Shown: positions 21,551 to 32,075 of the stretch, piece after piece
Position numbering within the stretch: the first letter of the stretch is position 1
Layout: each line of letters begins with the position of its first letter
Assembly (NCBI GenBank): GCA_964639215.1
Contig: CAZXCV010000001.1
Location: 35,168 to 99,167, forward strand
Direction of reading: 5' to 3'
DNA length: 64,000 nucleotides
Source: an uncultured Staphylococcaceae bacterium
Lineage (GTDB): Bacteria; Bacillota_I; Bacilli_A; RFN20; CAG-826
The notes under the pieces: model-generated
What the model was told of the DNA's origin: nothing
Database searches by the model: none
Seen by the model: only the letters and a program-made list of their open reading frames with translations
Position numbers and translations under genes: made by a program

Positions 21551-22516
21551 TTATTGTTTGAAGTTAAGGAGAAATAGCTCAAATCCAAGGAAGCGGTCAA
21601 TCAGACCGCTTTTAATTTGAAAATCAAGTTCATATAAACGATCAAGAATTATCAATAGCCGTGCGTCATTAAGTAATGATTGACTATTAATGGCTAATTT
21701 CACCCGATACTCATGAATCCCGAGTTTTTTAGCGATTTCTAGTTGGGATAGTCCTGTTTGTGTAAGATAGTAAATCTTAAGCATAAGGCGAAACTGACGC
21801 GCTAATAGTGAAATAAGCGTCACTGGCTCTTCAGCATGGATTTTTAAATCGCGATATATCGCCAGTGCTTCATCAATGCGACCTTTAGTTAAGGCATTGG
21901 CTAAAACATATGAATTTTCTTCAAGTGGGCGCGTGACTAACGTTTCCACGATGTCTTTGGTGATGTGATCGCCATATAGCATTAATTTTTGGGCTTCAGA
22001 GACGAATAATGTTGCATCATTATTCACACGACTGACAAGTTCATCAATCGCGCTACCATCAATTTTAATTTGATATTTTGCAAAATAACGTCGAACGTAT
22101 TCTGGCCATGAATTTTTATCGATATCGGTTAACTCATAAATCATCGCTTTGTCCTTGAGTATTTTGCCAATGTCACTTTTTACATTGAATGATGTTGCGT
22201 TTACGATAAAGACGAAATCTGTTGCTTCATTTGGATGTTCGAGATATTCAATTAATGCTTGGTAATTTTGATCCTTTTCAATTTTTTCCTTGCTCTTGGT
22301 TGTAGCTAAAAAATAGCAATCATCAATGACGACCATTTTTCGATCATACCCCAATGGTAATGATCGAGCATCCATCACAATGTCTTGAATCAACGTTTCT
22401 TTAGCGTTATAACGAACAAAACTAAAATCATCAACGACAGGTAGTTGCTCTTTAATTAGTTTCTGCAGTCGTGTTTTTATCATCAAGGCTTGTTTGCCAA
22501 ATAACAAATAAATCAT
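21551..22516 (-). CDS. holA: DNA polymerase III delta subunit
   Basis: 321 aa. The N-terminus (LLFGKQALMIKTRLQKLIKE) matches the YqeN/HolA family, and it sits next to comEC as in Bacillus. Confidence 0.7.
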   Translation of the reverse strand: MIYLLFGKQALMIKTRLQKLIKEQLPVVDDFSFVRYNAKETLIQDIVMDARSLPLGYDRKMVVIDDCYFLATTKSKEKIEKDQNYQALIEYLEHPNEATDFVFIVNATSFNVKSDIGKILKDKAMIYELTDIDKNSWPEYVRRYFAKYQIKIDGSAIDELVSRVNNDATLFVSEAQKLMLYGDHITKDIVETLVTRPLEENSYVLANALTKGRIDEALAIYRDLKIHAEEPVTLISLLARQFRLMLKIYYLTQTGLSQLEIAKKLGIHEYRVKLAINSQSLLNDARLLIILDRLYELDFQIKSGLIDRFLGFELFLLNFKQ

Positions 22517-22533
22517 ATTGTTATTATTTTACA

Positions 22534-24591
22534 TTAACTGAAAACTTTTCGATATGTTATTGTCCCTTCGATATCGGTACGCCGGATTGTAATTCCTTGT
22601 TCCTCAAGCCGTCTAATAATTTCAGGATGTGGATGTCCATATTGATTTTGACCAACCGATATTATCGCTTCATGTGGCTGTATATGTCTTAAAAACGAGG
22701 TCGAGGTCGAGGTTGTTGACCCATGGTGACCGACTTTAAGATAATCCGTTGGTAAAATAGGATGGTTATCAATAATTAATATTTCAACTTCGCTTGGCGC
22801 ATCACCCATTAACAGCCACTGGTAGTCCATGAATTGGAAATATAGAACGAGTGAACACATATTGGCATCAAGACATTGATTAAGGGGATTGATATTATCG
22901 AAGTGTATGCCAGCTCGAACAATCGGAAAATCGGTTGGCTCGAGAATAATTTCTGAAATTGGGAATTGTGATTGAAGAGAATTAAGCGCGCCACGATGAT
23001 CGTAGTCATCATGAGTAATAATTAATGTATCAATCTTATCGATGCCGTGTCGATGAAAAAACGGAACTAGTGAAACCGAGGCGATATCAAGATAGATTGA
23101 ACCACCAGTATCGATTAAAATTGCCGATCGCTTATTCTTGATCAAGATAGCATCTCCCTGACCAACGTTAATAAAAAATAGTGCTTGTTCATATAAATTT
23201 GATATTGGTAAGATTGAAAAAATAATCATCAGAGTCAAGCCAAAACAACCGATGTTTTTCGTTACTTTAACATGCAATTGTTTTAGAAAAAATGATAGAG
23301 AAAAAAATAGATAATAACCAAGAATAATTAGCGGTGTAAACATCGCGAAATGAAGCTGTAGCTTTACGACTTGTGAACTCGAAATAAGGAGATGGCTCAG
23401 TCGTGTCAGTGGCCGAATTATATTCACTAATGGGAGGGAATATAAGGATAGAAGACCAAGTGTTAACATCGATGAATGAACCATGACTAAAGGTCCAAGC
23501 AATAACCAGCTGATAAGATTAACTAATCCTTGGGTGTTTGCTAGAAAAGGTAGCAAAATCAATAGCGGGATATAGCGATTTTTAAGACGATTCATGATTG
23601 ACTCATGATGCTTGTTTTCCTTGACTATGTATAAGATTGAGGCGATACCAAACGACAAATAAAATCCAGGATGGTTTACTATATATCTACTAAATAACAA
23701 CATCATTATTCCTAACGACGCTTTCTTAGACCAATATGACCAATGATAGGAACCCTTGTCTTTTAAAATTAAATTAAGAATTGAACCCCCGATGATGCGC
23801 CACAAGACGACTGAAGTAATATTTAGAAAAAGCCATGGTACCAAACTTATGAACGCCAAGCGTTGTGCTTTCTTCTCACTCATAAATCTAATGAGGATTA
23901 GGTTAAGAATTTTTAGGTGACCGTGAATTAACAAGCCAGAAACACTCAGTAGATATAGGAGATTTAATGAGGCAAGATTCGAAACAATATCATGATTATA
24001 ATCACGTGTTGCAAACAAAATCGCATCAAGATATATTCGGGTGTCGCTATCAAAATTGTTCAGGAATCTGCTCTTGATATTTTGAATGCGCCACGGTAAT
24101 AAAAATACATCGGATTTATGAGTGAATATTAGTTCATGCTGAATACCTTTATTATTCAAATATTTAGCAAAATCAAATTGTCCTTCTACTCGAAAAAAAT
24201 TTATTGGTTTTACAAATCCTTCAGCCAAGATGACGTCACCAACTTGATAAGGGTGGTGTCGCATATACACATATAAACGTGTCAATTTATTTTGGACAAT
24301 CAAGTAATTTTCATGAGCGTCAATTACGAGATAAAAATGAGCTGACGCTGGTTCAAGTGAGGAAGTTAAATATCGTGAGGAGAATCCACACAAAAATGCT
24401 AAGAATAATGTCAGCATAGCGGCAGTTCCAAAACGATAATAAGTAAAAACTACAATCATAATCATGGCAATCACAACAATGATTGGAGTATCAAAGGTGG
24501 CGAGAATGCCTAAATATAACCCGATGAAACACGCAACAAAATTAAACGAGCGTAATGTAGTTTTTAATTTTTTCAAATGTCGCATTACCAA
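22534..24591 (-). CDS. comEC: DNA internalization competence protein ComEC/Rec2 (start uncertain)
   Basis: A polytopic membrane N-terminal part plus a C-terminal metallo-beta-lactamase domain (ITHDDYDHRGAL...VGHHGS). The 5' end overlaps comEA by 50 nt, so the true start is probably further downstream. Confidence 0.8.
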   Translation of the reverse strand: MVMRHLKKLKTTLRSFNFVACFIGLYLGILATFDTPIIVVIAMIMIVVFTYYRFGTAAMLTLFLAFLCGFSSRYLTSSLEPASAHFYLVIDAHENYLIVQNKLTRLYVYMRHHPYQVGDVILAEGFVKPINFFRVEGQFDFAKYLNNKGIQHELIFTHKSDVFLLPWRIQNIKSRFLNNFDSDTRIYLDAILFATRDYNHDIVSNLASLNLLYLLSVSGLLIHGHLKILNLILIRFMSEKKAQRLAFISLVPWLFLNITSVVLWRIIGGSILNLILKDKGSYHWSYWSKKASLGIMMLLFSRYIVNHPGFYLSFGIASILYIVKENKHHESIMNRLKNRYIPLLILLPFLANTQGLVNLISWLLLGPLVMVHSSMLTLGLLSLYSLPLVNIIRPLTRLSHLLISSSQVVKLQLHFAMFTPLIILGYYLFFSLSFFLKQLHVKVTKNIGCFGLTLMIIFSILPISNLYEQALFFINVGQGDAILIKNKRSAILIDTGGSIYLDIASVSLVPFFHRHGIDKIDTLIITHDDYDHRGALNSLQSQFPISEIILEPTDFPIVRAGIHFDNINPLNQCLDANMCSLVLYFQFMDYQWLLMGDAPSEVEILIIDNHPILPTDYLKVGHHGSTTSTSTSFLRHIQPHEAIISVGQNQYGHPHPEIIRRLEEQGITIRRTDIEGTITYRKVFS

Positions 24592-25069
24592 TGCCTGACA
24601 CTTGTTTTATTTGTTCGAGATACCGATATGATCCTTGCTCTTCACGATAACCAACAATCGCTGCTGAGATTGTTGGACCGATGTTACTAATCGTAAGTAG
24701 TTCTTCTTTTGTGCCAGTATTTATGCCCACCTTGACATAGGGATAATCACCGCAAATATCATCCTCAGCGAAAATTGGAGCAATGTAATAACTCATGGCA
24801 TTGATTAGTTCTACATCAATATCATAGGCAAGATCATCAGCGTTTTCAGTGACACCACCAGCTTTTTCAATCAGTTCACCGAGCGTATCTTCTTCATCCA
24901 TCACATAGGTTCCAGGCTTGATAATTTGTCCAGTGATCGACACAGTAAAATATGTGTCGCTACTTCTTGATGCTGTCAAACTATTTGCTTTAACATTCGG
25001 ATCGATGGCTAACAAGACAACTAATGTCACAATCATGAAAATTACAACGGCAATCATAATCTTATACAT
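24542..25069 (-). CDS. comEA: competence protein ComEA (membrane-anchored DNA receptor with a helix-hairpin-helix)
   Basis: 175 aa with an N-terminal TM helix, a SLBB-like middle and a C-terminal HhH (LEQIKQVSGIGNATFEKIKNYI). Confidence 0.8.
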   Translation of the reverse strand: MYKIMIAVVIFMIVTLVVLLAIDPNVKANSLTASRSSDTYFTVSITGQIIKPGTYVMDEEDTLGELIEKAGGVTENADDLAYDIDVELINAMSYYIAPIFAEDDICGDYPYVKVGINTGTKEELLTISNIGPTISAAIVGYREEQGSYRYLEQIKQVSGIGNATFEKIKNYITLV

Positions 25070-25125
25070 AAAAAAATCACCTCACTGTTTAATAGCGAGG
25101 TGATTAGTTATTTGACAATTGATCG

Positions 25126-25596
25126 TTATTCGATTTTTAAGATTTCAACTGAATATGATGTTGGAGCTTTAACGACTATTTTATCGCCGACATGTCCGCC
25201 AATAATGGCTTGCCCAAGTGGGCTCACATTAGAAATCGTGTTCGCCGATGGATTTGTTTCATGGGTGCCGACGATTTTGAAGACCATTTCTTTATCAGTT
25301 CCTAAATGCTTAATCGTGACCGTTCTTCCAAACGAAACAACTTTAGTGCTCGTAGCAGAATTTTCAATAATCGTTGCTCCCGACAAGATATCTTCAAGTT
25401 GACGAATTCGTAATTCGACATCGGATTGGCGTGCTTTAGCAGCGTCATAATCAGCGTTTTCTGATAAATCACCGAGCGAGCGAGCGAATGATAATTGTTC
25501 AATGACTTCGGGGCGGACGACATCGATGAGATGACGTAATTCCGCATTTAGCTTTTCAGCGCCTTCACGCGTCAAGATAACTTTTTCTAATTCCAT
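25126..25596 (-). CDS. greA: transcription elongation factor GreA
   Basis: 156 aa with an N-terminal coiled coil carrying conserved acidic residues and a C-terminal FKBP-like domain. Confidence 0.9.
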   Translation of the reverse strand: MELEKVILTREGAEKLNAELRHLIDVVRPEVIEQLSFARSLGDLSENADYDAAKARQSDVELRIRQLEDILSGATIIENSATSTKVVSFGRTVTIKHLGTDKEMVFKIVGTHETNPSANTISNVSPLGQAIIGGHVGDKIVVKAPTSYSVEILKIE

Positions 25597-25680
25597 AATC
25601 GGGTCCTCTTTAAGTTCGTTAGTATTTTAACAACTATCATGGGCAAATACCACATTTTTATCTTGATTCGGCGTTGAATT

Positions 25681-25710
25681 TTGTCATCTTCGTGGCAATT
25701 GTGTTATATT
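25681..25710 (+). promoter_or_regulatory. candidate sigma-A promoter for chrA
   Basis: TTGTCA, a 17 nt spacer, then TATATT with a TG two bases upstream. Confidence 0.35.
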
Positions 25711-25722
25711 CTATTACGACTT

Positions 25723-26316
25723 ATGAAACAACAAGCATCGCTCTTTAAATTAATGTGGTCATTTCTAAAAATTGGATTGTTCACCTTTGGCGGTGGCTAT
25801 GCAATGATTCCATTGATGCAGCGTATTGTCGTTGAAGAACAAAGATGGTTGACCTATGACGAAATGCTTGAAATCATCGTGATTGCCGAATCAACCCCGG
25901 GTCCCATATCTTTAAACATTGCGACATTTGTCGGTTATCGTCAACGGAAGTTGCTGGGTGCGATTGTAAGTTCGATTGGGCTTGCGATTCCTTCGTTATT
26001 AATTATCACGACCATTGCATTCTTTTTTGATGATTTTAAGAACAATCACATCATTAGTGGCGCTTTATCTGGCATTAAGACGGCCATCGTGATTTTGGTG
26101 TTTGGAGCGTTAATAAAGCTTATTAAAATGCTCCCACACGACAAGAAAACGCTGATAATCATTGGATTATTAACTGCACTGATGTTTACGCTTGATTTAT
26201 TACAAATTCCAGTATCTGGCATTTTCTTCATATTAGGAGCCGGCATTATTGGTTTATTGCTCCATGGTCTAACTAACTATCACAAGAAACGAGAAAATAA
26301 CGATGATTTACCTTGA
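25723..26316 (+). CDS. chrA: chromate transporter ChrA, N-terminal-type half (short-chain CHR pair)
   Basis: FGGGYAMIPLMQ signature. ATG at 25723. Confidence 0.75.
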   Translation: MKQQASLFKLMWSFLKIGLFTFGGGYAMIPLMQRIVVEEQRWLTYDEMLEIIVIAESTPGPISLNIATFVGYRQRKLLGAIVSSIGLAIPSLLIITTIAFFFDDFKNNHIISGALSGIKTAIVILVFGALIKLIKMLPHDKKTLIIIGLLTALMFTLDLLQIPVSGIFFILGAGIIGLLLHGLTNYHKKRENNDDLP

Positions 26317-26875
26317 ATTGTTTCTCGTGTTTTTCTCGATTGGTCTCTTCACTTTTGGTGGTGGTTACGCGATGGTGCCAATTCTCAAAGTCGAAGTGCT
26401 CGAGCGCGGATGGATGAATCAACAACTATTTATCGATTTCATCAGCATCTCTGAGTCAACTCCCGGTCCACTCGCATTAAACATGGCAACGTTTATTGGA
26501 ACAGAGACTGGTGGTATTGCCGGAGCGCTTGTCGCATCATTTGCGATGATGCTCCCTTCAATCATCATCATTACACTCATTGCCGCACTTTTTCACAAAA
26601 CATTGAAACACCCGTTATTTCAAGCGGCTTTAGCAATGATTAAACCTGTAATTATCGCCTTGATTGGGACGACAATTTTGTTTCTACTTAAAAATTTATT
26701 ATTTCCGCTTGATGTAACTAATAATCATGCGACGTTTGATGTTCGGCACTTCAGTTTATTAATAAATTTAGCAACGCTATATTTTGGATCTCAAGCGATA
26801 AGAAAAAGGCCACTTCATCCAATGTTATTAATTGGCGTCGCAGCCTGCTTTGGGATTTTGATTTTTAGCTTTTAA
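26303..26875 (+). CDS. chrA: chromate transporter ChrA, C-terminal-type half
   Basis: FGGGYAMVPIL signature. It overlaps the first half by 14 nt. Confidence 0.75.
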   Translation: MIYLELFLVFFSIGLFTFGGGYAMVPILKVEVLERGWMNQQLFIDFISISESTPGPLALNMATFIGTETGGIAGALVASFAMMLPSIIIITLIAALFHKTLKHPLFQAALAMIKPVIIALIGTTILFLLKNLLFPLDVTNNHATFDVRHFSLLINLATLYFGSQAIRKRPLHPMLLIGVAACFGILIFSF

Positions 26876-27141
26876 TCTTCTTCGTCGTTTTCTTCATCGT
26901 TTTCTTCAATGAAATGATCGAGAATCGCGCTGATTTTTTCATATTCTTCAGCTTCAAGATCAAAAAGTTCACCCGCATCGTTATAGCGAGAGGCAAGCAC
27001 GTCATCGGGTGTTTTTTCATCAAAATATAAGACGTAGGTTTTATTTGTATCAGGGTCTTCATATGTAAAAAGTATTTCCATCATCACTTCACTTCCGTCA
27101 TCTTTAGTAATGAGTATTTGATTATCTTTCGTGAATTTCAT
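26872..27141 (-). CDS. DUF1292 protein (YrzB-like)
   Basis: 89 aa with an acidic C-terminal tail. Its position after ruvX matches Bacillus alaS-yrrK-yrzB. Confidence 0.6.
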   Translation of the reverse strand: MKFTKDNQILITKDDGSEVMMEILFTYEDPDTNKTYVLYFDEKTPDDVLASRYNDAGELFDLEAEEYEKISAILDHFIEENDEENDEED

Positions 27142-27142
27142 G

Positions 27143-27568
27143 TTATTTGCTCCTTTTTAAATATGATTCAAGAATCAGGACCGCGGCTGCGCTATCAATG
27201 ACTTGATGGCGATGGCTCGCCTTAATGTTCGCATCGATCATCAATTTCGATGCCATGACGGTCGTTAAACGTTCATCGATTAATTCGATCTTGATATCTT
27301 GATGTTCCTGTTCAAATTCGTCTTTGAAACGAAGCACTGAAGTTGCCCGTTCAGACATCGCCCCCGACATGTGAAGTGGATAACCAAGCGCGACTGTCTT
27401 GACTTGCTCTTTAATGCATAACTCATAAAGATATTGTTTCGCGCTTTTATAATCACCACGGCTATAACGAAATGTCACTAATGGATGAGCGGCGAGACCG
27501 AGGCGATCACTTATCGCGAGTCCGAGTGTTTTCGTGCCTAAATCAACACCAATCACACGCTCTTTCAT
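27143..27568 (-). CDS. ruvX: putative pre-16S rRNA nuclease / Holliday-junction-resolvase-like YqgF
   Basis: 141 aa, VIGVDLGTKTLGLAISD, an RNase-H-like fold. ATGA overlap with alaS. Confidence 0.85.
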   Translation of the reverse strand: MKERVIGVDLGTKTLGLAISDRLGLAAHPLVTFRYSRGDYKSAKQYLYELCIKEQVKTVALGYPLHMSGAMSERATSVLRFKDEFEQEHQDIKIELIDERLTTVMASKLMIDANIKASHRHQVIDSAAAVLILESYLKRSK

Positions 27569-30174
27569 GCGACAAGATCCTTAAATAACTTGGTCGCATC
27601 TTCCCATTTACTCACGTCTTTTCCAGCCCCGAATGCTAAATCGGGACGGCCACCGCCTGATCCTTCAAGCATAGCGGCTACTTGTTTCATCACACCGCCT
27701 GCTTTGAGACCAGCCTTAAGAAAACTTGGTCCTAAATATATCACGAGCGCAATTTCTTGCATATGTTTCGCTCCGAGTAAAAAACTCGAATCTGGTTGTC
27801 GACCTTTTAGATCATCAGCAATTTTTAATAACATATCGCGATCGAGATCATTTAGAAGATGTGTCATCAACGTTCCATGACGATTAGTAATCAATGATTG
27901 TGTCAGCGTAACCGCAATCATCGATGCTTGCTTTTGTAACAAGTTACCGACACGGATATCAAGACTTGTTTTTTCATGTTTAAGTGCTTTGACGCGATCA
28001 GGTACTTCATAAATCGAGGAGGCTCCTAATTCGTCACGTACCTTCATAAACAGTTGCTCGCGCTTCTTTAATAACTGGTAAGCGCGGTGCCCGGTCGTTG
28101 TGACCATTCGTCGGATACCAGCGGCAATGCTCTCTTCACTTTCAATCGCAAAAACACCGATATCACCAGTGCTTAAGACGTGCGTGCCCCCACAGAACTC
28201 TTTGCTGATTGTTCCAAATGTCACAATTCGTACAAAATCACCATATTTCTCATCAAATGGTGATATAGCGCCAGATTGTTTCGCCTGATTGATTGGTAGT
28301 ATTTCAATATTGCGCGTTGCATTTTCTTCAATATAACGGTTAACAAGCGCTTCGATCTGTAGTACTTGTTCTTCACTCACTTTGGTTGGATTGGTGAAAT
28401 CAAACCGTCCATATTCATCACAAACAAATGAGCCCTGTTGACTAATGTGCGGGCCTAACACTTCAAGCAATGCTCTTTGCAATAAATGCAGTGACGAATG
28501 GTTACGCATCGTCAAATAGCGTCGTGTCCGATCGATTTTGAGCGTCAATTTATCGCCAATCTTCAACGATCCATACAAACATGTCACGAAATGCATATGT
28601 TGCCCATTTGGTGCTTTTTGAACATCGTGAACTTCAAAGCGCGTACCCTCGTTTTCGAGGTAACCCTGATCAGCAACTTGACCACCGCTTTCAGCATAAA
28701 AAACGGTTTTATCAATAATAATCATCCCATCTTCACTTAATTCATCGACCGCCACACCATTGATGAACAAGCCAATCACTGTGGCTTCGACTTCATCGTG
28801 ATCATAATCAAATGTCGAAGGTGTGATAAATTCAAGCAAATCTTTCGATTGCATCCGCATGCTGTTAGCTGCTACCCGAGCATCACGAGCTCGTTGACGT
28901 TGTTCGTCCATCAATGTGCCAAATGAAGTCATATCGACGTGATAACCCGCTTCATTAACAATTTCTTGTGTTAATTCGATTGGAAAACCATACGTATCGT
29001 AAAGTTTGAACGCATCGGCACCACTTAGACCTTGAGCCGAGTCGAGATAACGACGAAGCATTGCTTCCCCATTTGCTAACGTGCGGATAAATTTTTGTTC
29101 TTCAGCCATAATCATTTTGCTAATCCGCGAAGTATGTTCATGTACGTAAGGATAGAAATCGCCCATCATCGTGGAGACAACCTCGACAAGGCGGTATAAA
29201 AACGGTTCGTTTATCCCAATACTGCGCCCATATCGTAATGCCCGTCGCAAAAGTCTTCGTAAGACATAGCCACGTCCTTCATTTGAAAATGTTGCCATGT
29301 CCGCCAGTGCAAATGTCAAAGTCCGGATGTGATCGGCAATAACACGGTATGGTCGATAGCCACTCGTTTCATAAGTGATCGTCGCTAATTGCTCAGTAGC
29401 TCTAATAATTGGGAAAAATAAATCAGTCTCAAAATTGGTTGGTGTTTCTTGTAAAATACAAGCAATCCGTTCAAGGCCGGCACCTGTATCAATATTCTTA
29501 CTCGGTAATTCCTTATATAAGTCACGTGGCTGCCCTTCGATGCCATTATACTGTGAGAAGACGATCCCCCAGATTTCGATGTAGCGATCATTTTCAATTT
29601 CTTCAACGAGCAGCTGCCGTCCTAATCCCTTCGGATCATAAGAAGGACCTCGATCAAAAAACACTTCGGTGTTGGGACCGCATGGACCATTGCCAATTTG
29701 CCAATAATTACCTTCGAGTGGGATTAACTGTTCGGGCAATAAACCTTCCTTTAACCATAAATCGTGGGTATCGGTGTCACTTGGATTATACGTGACATAA
29801 AGTTTTTCTTTCGGCATCGCAAAATATTGTGGACTCGTCAAGATTTCATAAGCCCAACTTACGATTTCTTTTCGAAAGTAGTCGCCGATTGAAAAATTCC
29901 CAAGCATCTCAAAGAACGTATGGTGACGGGCGGTATACCCAACGTTTTCAATGTCGTTCGTCCGGATGCTCTTTTGAACATTGGTCAGGCGTTTATGCAC
30001 GGGAATTTCACTACCATCAAAATAGCTTTTTATCGCCGCAACGCCAGAGTTGATCCAAAGTAATGTTTCATCATGGTGTGGGATTAGACTCGCGCCAGAC
30101 ACGACGATATGCCCTTTTGTTTTAAAGAAATCGAGCCACATCATTCGAATTTGTTGACCAGTTAAGCGCTTCAT
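27565..30174 (-). CDS. alaS: alanine--tRNA ligase
   Basis: 869 aa with class II aaRS motifs, the editing domain and a C-terminal DHHA1 domain. Confidence 0.95.
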   Translation of the reverse strand: MKRLTGQQIRMMWLDFFKTKGHIVVSGASLIPHHDETLLWINSGVAAIKSYFDGSEIPVHKRLTNVQKSIRTNDIENVGYTARHHTFFEMLGNFSIGDYFRKEIVSWAYEILTSPQYFAMPKEKLYVTYNPSDTDTHDLWLKEGLLPEQLIPLEGNYWQIGNGPCGPNTEVFFDRGPSYDPKGLGRQLLVEEIENDRYIEIWGIVFSQYNGIEGQPRDLYKELPSKNIDTGAGLERIACILQETPTNFETDLFFPIIRATEQLATITYETSGYRPYRVIADHIRTLTFALADMATFSNEGRGYVLRRLLRRALRYGRSIGINEPFLYRLVEVVSTMMGDFYPYVHEHTSRISKMIMAEEQKFIRTLANGEAMLRRYLDSAQGLSGADAFKLYDTYGFPIELTQEIVNEAGYHVDMTSFGTLMDEQRQRARDARVAANSMRMQSKDLLEFITPSTFDYDHDEVEATVIGLFINGVAVDELSEDGMIIIDKTVFYAESGGQVADQGYLENEGTRFEVHDVQKAPNGQHMHFVTCLYGSLKIGDKLTLKIDRTRRYLTMRNHSSLHLLQRALLEVLGPHISQQGSFVCDEYGRFDFTNPTKVSEEQVLQIEALVNRYIEENATRNIEILPINQAKQSGAISPFDEKYGDFVRIVTFGTISKEFCGGTHVLSTGDIGVFAIESEESIAAGIRRMVTTTGHRAYQLLKKREQLFMKVRDELGASSIYEVPDRVKALKHEKTSLDIRVGNLLQKQASMIAVTLTQSLITNRHGTLMTHLLNDLDRDMLLKIADDLKGRQPDSSFLLGAKHMQEIALVIYLGPSFLKAGLKAGGVMKQVAAMLEGSGGGRPDLAFGAGKDVSKWEDATKLFKDLVA

Positions 30175-30180
30175 GTGTTT

Positions 30181-30425
30181 GCCTCCATTAAATGAAAAAA
30201 AGTGCCACTAAGGAACGAACAGGGTCGCGGTACCATCCTTATTCATTATCGCTAATGCACTCACTTGATCCTTAACGCAGACTTACGGCAACGATTAATT
30301 GCATCTCAGAAGTGGCCCCTTCTCACGTTTGCAACTATTTCCACCAGCAAGTTGTCGCTATTCAAACGCTAAGAACTTCTCTTCGTCTTTGACTAAATTA
30401 TTATAACATAATGTATTTAAATGCT
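30181..30425 (-). promoter_or_regulatory. T-box riboswitch leader of alaS
   Basis: The minus strand contains AATAAGGATGGTACCGCG, close to the T-box core AAUUAGGGUGGNACCGCG, about 50 nt upstream of the GGAGG RBS. A GCU (Ala) triplet lies in a candidate specifier region (CTTGCTGGTGG). The leader is about 250 nt. Confidence 0.65.
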
Positions 30426-30427
30426 TA

Positions 30428-31570
30428 TTATTTATTGATTAATCGACCTTGATAATACACGGCTTTGATTAGTCCGCCACCTAAACATTGCCCGTCTTGG
30501 TAAATGACAGCCCCTTGTCCCGGTGTGATTGCTTTGAGAGGCGCAGGTAGTTTTACTGCTAATTCATCGTCATTAATCATATCAATCACAATCGGATGTT
30601 TCATTTGTCGATAACGAAATTTTGCGGTATATTCTGTATCGACGATTGGAGGTTTGTTGATCCAATTGAGGTGATCAATCACAACATAATCTCCATATAA
30701 ATAGTCATCTTCTGATTCCGAAGTCACGTAGAGAATATTTTGTTTGACATCTTTCGAGACCACAAACCAACTCCCGGCTGGTTTTGTGGCAATACCGCCG
30801 ATACCCAAACCGCGGCGCTGACCAATCGTATAATAAAAAACACCGTCATGCGTTCCAATTTGATCTGAAGTTTTAATATCGATAATCGGTCCCGGTTTCG
30901 CTGGTAGATAATTTTTTAAAAATTGGCGGAAATGGCGCTCACCAATAAAACAAACTCCGGTTGAATCTTTCTTATTCGCTACATCAAGGCCAAGCTTCTT
31001 TGCGATTGAACGTACTTCGGTTTTTTTAAGCGCGCCAAGTGGAAATAAAGTCGCAGCAAGTTGCGCTTGGTTAATTTGTGAGAGAAAATATGTTTGATCC
31101 TTATCAGCGTCTTCGCTTTCAAGCATGACATAATTGCCATCTTTCGAGACTTTTTTCGCATAATGTCCCATTGCGATATAATCACATCCATGTTGCTTGG
31201 CAAATTGTAGAAAAGCGGCGAACTTGATGTATTTGTTACAAAAAATATCAGGATTTGGGGTGCGACCGTGTTCGTATTCTGTTAAGAAATACGTGAAGAC
31301 ATCGTTCCAGTACTCCTTAACAAAATCGATGCGGTATAGCGGAATATCTAGCGCTTGAGCAATCGCTTTAGCGTCATTATAATCAACTTCCTGCGGGCAC
31401 AAATCTTGGGCTAAGGTTGGATTACCTAAAACGTCATTGTTCGCGAGGGCATCCCAATTGCGCATAAATCCAGCAATGACTTCGTAACCTTGTTGCTTTA
31501 ATAAATAAGCCGCGACGGCTGAGTCGACACCACCACTAAGTCCAACCATCACCTTCGTGTTAGTGTTCAT
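30428..31570 (-). CDS. mnmA: tRNA-specific 2-thiouridylase MnmA
   Basis: ATG 31570 with an AAGGAA RBS. MNTNTKVMVGLSGGVDSAVAAYLL carries the PP-loop SGGxDS. Confidence 0.9.
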   Translation of the reverse strand: MNTNTKVMVGLSGGVDSAVAAYLLKQQGYEVIAGFMRNWDALANNDVLGNPTLAQDLCPQEVDYNDAKAIAQALDIPLYRIDFVKEYWNDVFTYFLTEYEHGRTPNPDIFCNKYIKFAAFLQFAKQHGCDYIAMGHYAKKVSKDGNYVMLESEDADKDQTYFLSQINQAQLAATLFPLGALKKTEVRSIAKKLGLDVANKKDSTGVCFIGERHFRQFLKNYLPAKPGPIIDIKTSDQIGTHDGVFYYTIGQRRGLGIGGIATKPAGSWFVVSKDVKQNILYVTSESEDDYLYGDYVVIDHLNWINKPPIVDTEYTAKFRYRQMKHPIVIDMINDDELAVKLPAPLKAITPGQGAVIYQDGQCLGGGLIKAVYYQGRLINK

Positions 31571-32015
31571 AAAGTTCCTTAGAATCAAGGATGATTGTGA
31601 AAGGACCAGCATTTTTTAGGGTCACCGTCATACTCGCGCCAAAAATACCACATGATATGCGTGAATAATGTTGATTCAATTTCAAAATGAACCGTTCAAA
31701 TAATGTGTTAGCAATTTGCGGTGGTGCGGCCATTGTAAACGATGGACGGCGACCACCATTTAATGAGCCGTAAAGTGTAAAATTTGGGATGATTAAAATA
31801 TCAGCAAATAAATCAGGTACCGATAGATTAGTCTTCCCATTAATGTCTGGTAATAATCGCATCACTAAAATTTTGGCAACCATTTTATCGATGATGTCAT
31901 CATTATCGTCATGCGTGAATCCGACAAATAAGGCAAGTCCAAATCCCGATTTAGCAATAATTTCGCCGTTAACCGTAATCGTTCCTTCATGAATTGTTTG
32001 ACTGATAATTCTCAT
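31560..32015 (-). CDS. dtd: D-aminoacyl-tRNA deacylase
   Basis: 151 aa, MRIISQ...PNFTLYG..., Dtd-like fold. Its stop overlaps the mnmA start by 11 nt. Confidence 0.8.
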   Translation of the reverse strand: MRIISQTIHEGTITVNGEIIAKSGFGLALFVGFTHDDNDDIIDKMVAKILVMRLLPDINGKTNLSVPDLFADILIIPNFTLYGSLNGGRRPSFTMAAPPQIANTLFERFILKLNQHYSRISCGIFGASMTVTLKNAGPFTIILDSKELYEH

Positions 32016-32075
32016 AAAAAGTTACCGGTATCATTATAGAGAATTGCACACCTAAATGGTATATTAATCATTATT

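Noticed and set aside
24542-24591. 50-nt overlap of the comEC 5' end with comEA
   Set aside because: It is most likely an artefact of taking the longest ORF. The true comEC start is probably at a downstream Met, and I could not pick it confidently.
25723-26875. chrA appearing as two ORFs, which could be a disrupted pseudogene
   Set aside because: Each half carries its own FGGGYAM signature and the two overlap by 14 nt. This is the normal short-chain CHR pair organisation, not a frameshift.
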